A stretch of DNA of 64,000 nt, taken from IMG/VR virus record IMGVR_UViG_3300042934_000869; one strand, written 5' to 3'. The first letter of the stretch is position 1; each line of letters opens with the position of its first letter. Origin of the DNA: an uncultured virus (IMG/VR IMGVR_UViG_3300042934_000869) (Duplodnaviria > Heunggongvirae > Uroviricota > Caudoviricetes). This document shows positions 58,101-64,000 of the stretch, one piece after another. The position numbers and the translations under genes are program-made. The notes under the pieces were generated by a model. That model did not search any database. It saw nothing but the letters and a program-made list of their open reading frames with translations, and was not told where the DNA came from.

Positions 58101-59653
58101 AAAATTATATTAGTCATTAGAATAAGATTAGTTTCAGTATTAGCATTTCTTTCTCCGAACTCAAACACTGGGTCAGTCAAAGCTGATTGATCTGTTATAG
58201 TTTCTGTTGCTGTTAGTATTTTTGTTTTCCCCTTATCTGCTGTTGACTTGCCTGTTGTTGATGAAGTTGAATTTGATGGAGATGTTGGATTTGTGTTAGC
58301 AGTTTGATTACTGTTACTATTGTTAGATGCGTTATTTCCTGTATTGTTACTATTACTTGTAGTACTATTATTGTTTGTTGTATTTACTTGTGAGCTAGGA
58401 ATTAATCCACTATTAGTATCGTTGTTATCGACTTTTTCTCCTGTACTTACATCTACTTTTTCTCCTGTTCCTTGAGAGAATGCATAGGATGTGTCAGAAT
58501 CAGGACTTTTAGCAAACCCTCCCTTTACTGTTACTAGCGAACCATTTTTCTTTTCTTTTACTCTATTTATAAATTCTTCAACAGTTACTTGCGTAGCTGT
58601 GCTATTATTCTCTGAGTAATTCTTATCGTCTGTTGGTAAGTCTTTTATATATAGTGGTTTCTTTAAAGTGTTTATTTCGCTGTATGTATCAACAACTTCA
58701 CTATTATTACTAGTTATAGAGTTTAAGGATGCTATGAATTGAGCTTCTCCTACTTTACTGATAAATGGAACATATACAGATGATGCACTAATACATGCTA
58801 GATACTCAGCGTTTACATACCTAGATTTTTTATTATCCCATGTATCCTCTGCTGTAAACTTCATGTACGCTGTATTTCCATCCATGCTAGTGAAACCAGA
58901 ATTGGATATTATATCTTTTTCAGCTAACTCTCTTCCTTTATCAGCTATAGGTTTATAATTAGGTTTATTGCTTAATCCCTGTATTCCTTGCACACTTATA
59001 GAATATATGTAATTACCATTAGCTTGAGCATCATCTACTTTACATAAACCTCTTGCTTGGTCATACTCATCAGATATTCTTTGTGACATTAAATATAGAC
59101 TTTTAATTATACCTGACTGTGAGTCTAGATATTCATCTTTTGATTTTTGATCAGTTTTTGAATTATAATCATTTAATAAACCTTGATATATTTTATCTCC
59201 GTATTTAGATGAATAATTCATCATATAATCTGCTAGTTGTTTAGCTTTTACTGACCTGTCTTGACTAGTATAGTTTATATCTATCCTATCTGGTATGAAG
59301 TTTTTATTAGTGATATTTGTAATAGAATCGTTATATTTCTGTATGTTAACATCTAAATAATTTCTGTAAGGCTCTAATTCTTCTTCAGTAAATCCTAGAC
59401 CCGGATAGTGTGTTACAAAATCATACCACATACTTACTTGAGTTAGTGAAAGTAAGAATGATATGTTTGATCTAGTATCTTTGTAACCGTTCATAGTTCT
59501 TGATAGAACTCTTAATCTATTACTTGATGCTACTTTTATATCTATAACTCTTGCTTCGTTAGGTGTTATTGCTAGTGATATTACTGAACTATTTAAGAAA
59601 AAGAAGAGACATGCTACTAAAGCAAATCCCTTCTTTCTTATACTTCTCATCAA
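55133..59653 (-). CDS. very large polytopic membrane protein (possible VirB6/TcpH-like channel component)
   Basis: signal peptide, N/S/T-rich linker, two TM clusters, charged tail; 1506 aa. Confidence 0.65.
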   Translation of the reverse strand: MMRSIRKKGFALVACLFFFLNSSVISLAITPNEARVIDIKVASSNRLRVLSRTMNGYKDTRSNISFLLSLTQVSMWYDFVTHYPGLGFTEEELEPYRNYLDVNIQKYNDSITNITNKNFIPDRIDINYTSQDRSVKAKQLADYMMNYSSKYGDKIYQGLLNDYNSKTDQKSKDEYLDSQSGIIKSLYLMSQRISDEYDQARGLCKVDDAQANGNYIYSISVQGIQGLSNKPNYKPIADKGRELAEKDIISNSGFTSMDGNTAYMKFTAEDTWDNKKSRYVNAEYLACISASSVYVPFISKVGEAQFIASLNSITSNNSEVVDTYSEINTLKKPLYIKDLPTDDKNYSENNSTATQVTVEEFINRVKEKKNGSLVTVKGGFAKSPDSDTSYAFSQGTGEKVDVSTGEKVDNNDTNSGLIPSSQVNTTNNNSTTSNSNNTGNNASNNSNSNQTANTNPTSPSNSTSSTTGKSTADKGKTKILTATETITDQSALTDPVFEFGERNANTETNLILMTNIILNKKIIEQVKNKDYRLLYINPFGDIVLDDDTVVVPASANATFYREDLGIVYNPNTAAFMDNYPTTSLTSNYFNASQGDEGKYVVAMLESTSRIGEDRVKKKQEADPVEHLGQSDTGPTEKLSFSFVQSISGSLGYYALPCVISEDKSNVSVDRTPYGAMPLELRMVIDGSDKITTMRAFNFSFEGSNIKKSIEAFFTSSKISQLGVNVATRTSETKVDFGETTTIFPVSGDLDEVSNEKYGFIGKRFYDSMTLNSDGERLLVNGRYNLRRITDTFIEGNQGLSDIAPFVKNIKETYSDGIALSNWQELIVDTAKTAESNFGSITGIIGLKSAYQDPIFSKLLYYSNKFILIIFTVVSLYFIQNYARKRINIIYTVTIVSLSLVITYLSLQVVPLYMSDVLNGGISLFSDDLGYKSLIMRQELYRDPYNVRVGYDEHGNFSLGTSSINLYRFSNDELKQLSGLEQIGEKSLLTGEPYVLDDLTGLYVQGDFLKINLDRLFAGISIKGSFSTTEIETPYRIDNYKVQSSVIDYYTPYFYVMDGFINNLNKSAELYNIPRRSLSYGNGLFKDSFMVSTYVKSDLFLNGDNLDKLSDQFSDEFVEKAKSQFGGDNIDFLGLHKKFVTDIQSEYNLVRDSLWFQTMCRLGYYDLQTGKVVDNTKMARMIEHVNDITKQYLIKNANTLAFESDENIVKVVSLFAVSELNSYISALDDNIYPQSLNYEEMKLGDILLPTLTKDYDRYIASDRNIIDYLYAEFKEPGLIIYTIIAVISFLIVKIMSYGVPILYLLLLACVVARLALNKVEKMQNIFKGYIKIFSVIYGCYCIFIITTATAHKFSTTVWTLILLLLIYLILFSIMTTVLYSLLRNISDFGNAAVNAKFSRFKPKGNVRGALQRYFGARQKYSNSGDDEEDIQRKNMLRGLTDKFSFDHSVDDAYDDYIQGSFMRGRSKTFKYDESDTKYRAKKRGKNKVSYDEEDIDYMDDKFDKYKM

Positions 59654-60810
59654 TTGTTTAAATCATCATAATTACTTCCGTTTAACTTGAAGTAATTATA
59701 TGTCTCAGCTTTCTTCTTTAGTGTTAACATTACATGCATGTACGATCCTTTATTTTGTGAATAATTTCCTACCATATTACTCAAATCTATTACTATCTCT
59801 CCTGTTGAAGGTTTTGGATTTGATGATTTTGCTATACTAACTTTTACATTATCCCAATCAGCGGTTGCCATTTTCAAAGATGGATCCGAGAAAGTTTTTG
59901 CTATTACTTGCTCCATTTCTCCATTAGTGAATTGCTTTCTAGCAGATTCCTCAGCTGCAACACCTACTTGCTGTTTTACAGCCGATGTTTGTTGTGAAGG
60001 ATCTACATCTGATAAGAAGTATTTATATGCTGATTTAGCAATTTGTTCTCTTAATTTATCAGAAGATAATCCACTAGATCCTATTGTAAATTCGTATGCA
60101 TCGCCAGCATTTAATAAATTATTTACTAAAGCTTTGGAATTGTATTCTGCCATTCTAGAACCTGCAACTCCTAGCCCATCTACTACCATTGCAAAAGTGC
60201 TTAGCAGAGAACCATTGAATGACATACTCAATAAGAATATTAACAGTAGTTTCATAGGAAATGTCTTTAATGCCCATGTAGCTACATTTTCTTCTCCAGT
60301 TAAATTATCTTGCCTTCCTTCTCCTAAGTCTGATAACTCATATATGTCTGGCATAAACATATAAAATAAATAGAAGATGGAGTTTATACCTGAGCCTGAT
60401 TTTGCTGTAAACCAACCACCTATATATCCTTCAAGTCCAAACGCTCTTTTATTCATATGTTCTTGTTGAACTTCATGAACATTGAGCCAAAACTTTTTAT
60501 TGGTAAAAAATGCTATTGTTAATAGTATCTGTATTCCAACAGATACTAACCCTATAAAAGATATAATACTTATTATAAAATTTAATATCTGGCCTACAAA
60601 ATTTAATTTATTAAATACGTTAAATGAACCTCTAAAAGCTTCAGTTCTAAATAAATCCTGTAGTTGTGCTTCATCTGCTTGTACTACTATTTTAAAAGAA
60701 GTTAATAGCATAAACCATATGGTCAATACTATAGCAGATTTAGCGAATCCGGGTAATTCTATAAAATAATCTTTTATTACTTGATTTCTTTTTAGTGCTA
60801 TTGAATTCAT
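59650..60810 (-). CDS. membrane protein of the transfer region
   Basis: several TMs, 386 aa. Confidence 0.7.
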   Translation of the reverse strand: MNSIALKRNQVIKDYFIELPGFAKSAIVLTIWFMLLTSFKIVVQADEAQLQDLFRTEAFRGSFNVFNKLNFVGQILNFIISIISFIGLVSVGIQILLTIAFFTNKKFWLNVHEVQQEHMNKRAFGLEGYIGGWFTAKSGSGINSIFYLFYMFMPDIYELSDLGEGRQDNLTGEENVATWALKTFPMKLLLIFLLSMSFNGSLLSTFAMVVDGLGVAGSRMAEYNSKALVNNLLNAGDAYEFTIGSSGLSSDKLREQIAKSAYKYFLSDVDPSQQTSAVKQQVGVAAEESARKQFTNGEMEQVIAKTFSDPSLKMATADWDNVKVSIAKSSNPKPSTGEIVIDLSNMVGNYSQNKGSYMHVMLTLKKKAETYNYFKLNGSNYDDLNN

Positions 60811-60819
60811 ATATACCTC

Positions 60820-63800
60820 CTAGAAAAATGTTAACAGTGCTGATAACAGGATAGTAAATAATCCTTCTATACCTACAAAATTTAGTATGGTAAATGGACT
60901 CTCTAATTTTTGAAAGCCTAAAGTAAGTATAGATGAAACATCTATTCCTTTAGCACCATTCTTATTTGGGTCTTTCAATTTTTCGAAAAATAGTTTTATT
61001 ATCCTAACTTTAAGTGATAAATATATTACCATATTCATTACAGTTAGATAAGAAAGTATGTACAATAATAATTTCTTCAATACTGTCAGTATATCGTCAG
61101 TAACTCTCATTGCATATATCTCTCTAAGTTTTGACATTACTCCATCTGGGTCTACTGCAGTTCTGTAATTATTTGTAGATGTTTTATTAAATATGTCATC
61201 ATACCAGTCATACCCTAATGAAGTAGTAAAGAAAGGAACTTCAGTTAAATGTCCATTAGATTCTTGTGTACTAGTCTGAACTAATGTGTAGGTTATACCA
61301 TCTCTGTCTATAGGTCTAAATTTTATTGAATCTTCAAATACTACAGAAAATATAAAACTAGTAAATCCTTCGTTATTATAAGCAGTTACAGTTCCTTTTC
61401 TTGATAAGCCTAATTTAGACCCTGCCGATACTAATGTTGCTTCTTCTTTGGATATATCTATATTTGTTCCAGAGAACCCTACACTTGGCTGACCTTTTGA
61501 ATCTTTTTGTATATAATCTGACAATGCTATAGTGTCGTCAACTCCTTGATTGAAGTTACCATTCTTATATACTTTAATACTTATTCCATCTAGTAGCTGT
61601 GCTATTACTGATTTTAAATCATCAGGTTTTGCTGTAGCCTTTAGATTATTTATTGCAGTCTGATTCTTTATAGGTTCTGATACTAATCTATCAGATTGAA
61701 CCGTAAATGTCATATCTCCTATAATTACTGTAGAACCATCTTTTAACTCACTAAGTCCTTTATACCCATAACTTTTACCTACTACACTATCTATTATTGA
61801 GTTAGCTACTCCGGTACCATACATATTTTCTCTGAATAATAGAGGTGTGCCAAGTTGTTTATTCAACTCATTTCCACTTTTAATATTCCAATTAAATCTA
61901 TTCAATAATAATATAGGATTTGTAAGTACTGTTTCTTTAGATGATGCTTTATAATCAGAAGCTGTACCTTTATCATCTACTTTAACTACTTTAGTCTTAG
62001 ATGTATTCCCACTACCATCTGGAACATAATATAATGCTTCTTCTTTAGGCCAAGAGCCATCTCCGCTAGGAGGTTTACCTATATTATAATTCTTCTCATT
62101 GGTTGATGGAAAATAGAAGTAATTATTATTCTCTTGATTATTGTCTCCTCTAATTGAATATAAATATTTATCAAGAGTCTTACTGCTGTCTACAATACTT
62201 CCTTCATAGTAGGTATTAGTAGAGTCTACTACTCCTTTTAACGAATCTTTCTTCACTAAGACCATATAATTATTACCGTTACTTATACTTCCAGTTTCTC
62301 CAGTACACACATAAGTTTGGCCATCTATCACATACTCTTGCCTTACTTGTATTGAACTAATTGAATTATTTTGTCTAGCTACTACTCTAACTCTGGTAAC
62401 TCCATTTGAGGTTTCTGAATCTAAATTCTGATCTATACCTTCTGATATGTATGAATCATTTGAGCCAAATGATTTGTACAGCACACCAGTTTTATCTATT
62501 ACATAATTACCGTATTCTACAGCTCCAGAATCTCCCATCTTTCGTCCTTTTATGTAAGTAAAAGTTCTTCCCTTTGCTAGCTTAGCATACCAATCATCTC
62601 CACTAACTGAGAATATAGATTCTCTTGCTGAATTTCCTTGTATGAATTTTGATCTGTATTCTTGAGAAAATTTTAGCTGTTCAACAATGCTGTCTAGTTC
62701 AGTTGGTGTATAATTTCCAGTACTAAGAATTGTTACTTCTGGACACAGATATCCGCTAACACTATAGTTAAGGTTATTTGTTCCATAGATGTAATTTAGT
62801 AATGCATTTGATAACCCTGTATTACTATCCCACCATTTTCTTAAATCTGGATCTGTTGGTCTTTGATTGAAGAAGTTAGACATTTCACTTGCAGATGGAT
62901 TCGTTGTTCCAAAATACATATCTCTTAAATTGGATATAGTTTTGTTACTTAGGTAATTAGTATTTGGTATAACTACGTTCCAATTTACAACTAAATATAT
63001 TGGATTTGTCATTCCTAAATCTTTTACTATATTTCTATACACAGTCGAAGATATGTTACTTGTATGTAACATTGAATAAAATTTTCTAGTTGTTTTTTCT
63101 GAATTTTTATCATTAGGATCATCAGTTTGATTTTTTCTAACATCTTCTATCCATGATACATACGTCCTATCTATTACTGATTTAGAATCATAAGACATTA
63201 TACTTTGAAGACCTTGATATTTTGCTATATCAGACGTTCCGTTACTTCCTATATAAATCTTATTATCCCACATTGAATCTAAATATGTGTTGGACATTAA
63301 CCTTGCTATTATACCCATATTGTAATAAACTTCTCCACCTATGCCATTTACAATATTATCATTGGTGGATATTACTTCATTACCTATTAGAGCTTTTTTG
63401 TTATCATCTAATAATACTGCTCTAGTACCTGTATCAGTATTCATCAAATATTTATCATCTAGAGCTACTATTTCATCTGATATTGAGTTGTTTGAACTTG
63501 CTCCTTGTAATGCAGATTTTGGTAAATAGTTTGTCACTTCTTTTGATGAATTTTCTACTTTTGCTATTGTATCTACTTTTGATACCAAAGCTTTGTCTGC
63601 ATCTAATACTGATACGCCTGAATCAATCATAGCTACTGCCGTAACATCAGATGGTGCTCTTACAATAAATATAACTTTATGAGCATCTTCTCTAGCTCCG
63701 TCATCACCCTTTTTGATTTTGTTTACTGAACTTATTTTGATGTTAGCTACTGGATTTGAAGTAGTATCCGGCTTTAAATCTTTTACTAATGTTCCTTTAT

Positions 63801-63999
63801 ATAAAAAATTTGAACTATCATAGAATACTCTTGTTACTTTATATTCTTTATTAGCTGATAAATTATCTCGTATACTTATAGCATTTGTAGATAATAATCC
63901 AAATAAATTAAATCCTACATCTTGTTGAGGATTTATTTCTTGTACTTCTGTACTTGAACGTATGTCTACACCTTTATAAAATTCTAGAGTTTGTTTATA
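60820..63999 (-). CDS. large extracellular/membrane protein, partial (5' end beyond the window)
   Basis: Frame of the 936-aa ORF stays open from 63630 to 63999; C-terminal TMs. Confidence 0.75.
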   Translation of the reverse strand, partial: YKQTLEFYKGVDIRSSTEVQEINPQQDVGFNLFGLLSTNAISIRDNLSANKEYKVTRVFYDSSNFLYKGTLVKDLKPDTTSNPVANIKISSVNKIKKGDDGAREDAHKVIFIVRAPSDVTAVAMIDSGVSVLDADKALVSKVDTIAKVENSSKEVTNYLPKSALQGASSNNSISDEIVALDDKYLMNTDTGTRAVLLDDNKKALIGNEVISTNDNIVNGIGGEVYYNMGIIARLMSNTYLDSMWDNKIYIGSNGTSDIAKYQGLQSIMSYDSKSVIDRTYVSWIEDVRKNQTDDPNDKNSEKTTRKFYSMLHTSNISSTVYRNIVKDLGMTNPIYLVVNWNVVIPNTNYLSNKTISNLRDMYFGTTNPSASEMSNFFNQRPTDPDLRKWWDSNTGLSNALLNYIYGTNNLNYSVSGYLCPEVTILSTGNYTPTELDSIVEQLKFSQEYRSKFIQGNSARESIFSVSGDDWYAKLAKGRTFTYIKGRKMGDSGAVEYGNYVIDKTGVLYKSFGSNDSYISEGIDQNLDSETSNGVTRVRVVARQNNSISSIQVRQEYVIDGQTYVCTGETGSISNGNNYMVLVKKDSLKGVVDSTNTYYEGSIVDSSKTLDKYLYSIRGDNNQENNNYFYFPSTNEKNYNIGKPPSGDGSWPKEEALYYVPDGSGNTSKTKVVKVDDKGTASDYKASSKETVLTNPILLLNRFNWNIKSGNELNKQLGTPLLFRENMYGTGVANSIIDSVVGKSYGYKGLSELKDGSTVIIGDMTFTVQSDRLVSEPIKNQTAINNLKATAKPDDLKSVIAQLLDGISIKVYKNGNFNQGVDDTIALSDYIQKDSKGQPSVGFSGTNIDISKEEATLVSAGSKLGLSRKGTVTAYNNEGFTSFIFSVVFEDSIKFRPIDRDGITYTLVQTSTQESNGHLTEVPFFTTSLGYDWYDDIFNKTSTNNYRTAVDPDGVMSKLREIYAMRVTDDILTVLKKLLLYILSYLTVMNMVIYLSLKVRIIKLFFEKLKDPNKNGAKGIDVSSILTLGFQKLESPFTILNFVGIEGLFTILLSALLTFF

Positions 64000-64000
64000 C

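Noticed and set aside
58240..58470. N/S/T-rich stretch and duplicated TGEKVD in the 1506-aa protein
   Set aside because: Ordinary low-complexity linker.
942..63529. Plus-strand ORFs in the track
   Set aside because: Nearly all are antisense shadows of longer minus-strand genes, with S/L/I/F-biased composition and no evident RBS.
1..64000. CRISPR array, tRNA/rRNA genes, transposases
   Set aside because: No regularly spaced repeats, cloverleafs or transposase motifs were recognised; intergenic gaps are short.
1..64000. Jumbo phage identity
   Set aside because: Strand bias and small ORFs are phage-like, but no capsid, terminase or tail genes were recognised, and VirB4 plus a wall hydrolase favour a conjugative element. 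Not fully excluded.

Overview
Very AT-rich, gene-dense window with essentially all credible genes on the minus strand and Firmicutes-type GGAGG ribosome-binding sites. It reads as part of a large clostridial-type conjugative element (megaplasmid or ICE-like); no phage structural, rRNA, tRNA or CRISPR features were recognised. In transcription order (right to left): (1) a Gram-positive T4SS-like block at 47.5-64 kb with large membrane proteins, a VirB4-like ATPase and an NlpC/P60 wall hydrolase; (2) a DNA/RNA metabolism block at 36.8-47.4 kb with HRDC, NERD, a DnaC-like protein, a GreA homolog, an SF2 helicase and a DnaB-like helicase; (3) a conflict-type block at 22.9-33.2 kb with DUF2325, an orphan 617-aa reverse transcriptase plus a 471-aa upstream gene and a structured non-coding leader, a HipA-like kinase, HEPN plus degenerate MNT, and DUF488; (4) a tandem paralog family at 19.6-22.9 kb; (5) a three-gene WxL/pilin-like surface operon at 13.0-19.6 kb; (6) small accessory ORFs at 0-13 kb. 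The main unexplained signals are a shared peptide tag (about [IVM]-K-E-S-[NKSTH]-[SA]-F) at the termini of about 18 otherwise dissimilar proteins, the RT/partner/putative ncRNA locus, and a recurring intergenic hairpin family with a conserved UUUA/UAAG base and bulge. All family calls are by-eye motif recognition, not database searches.
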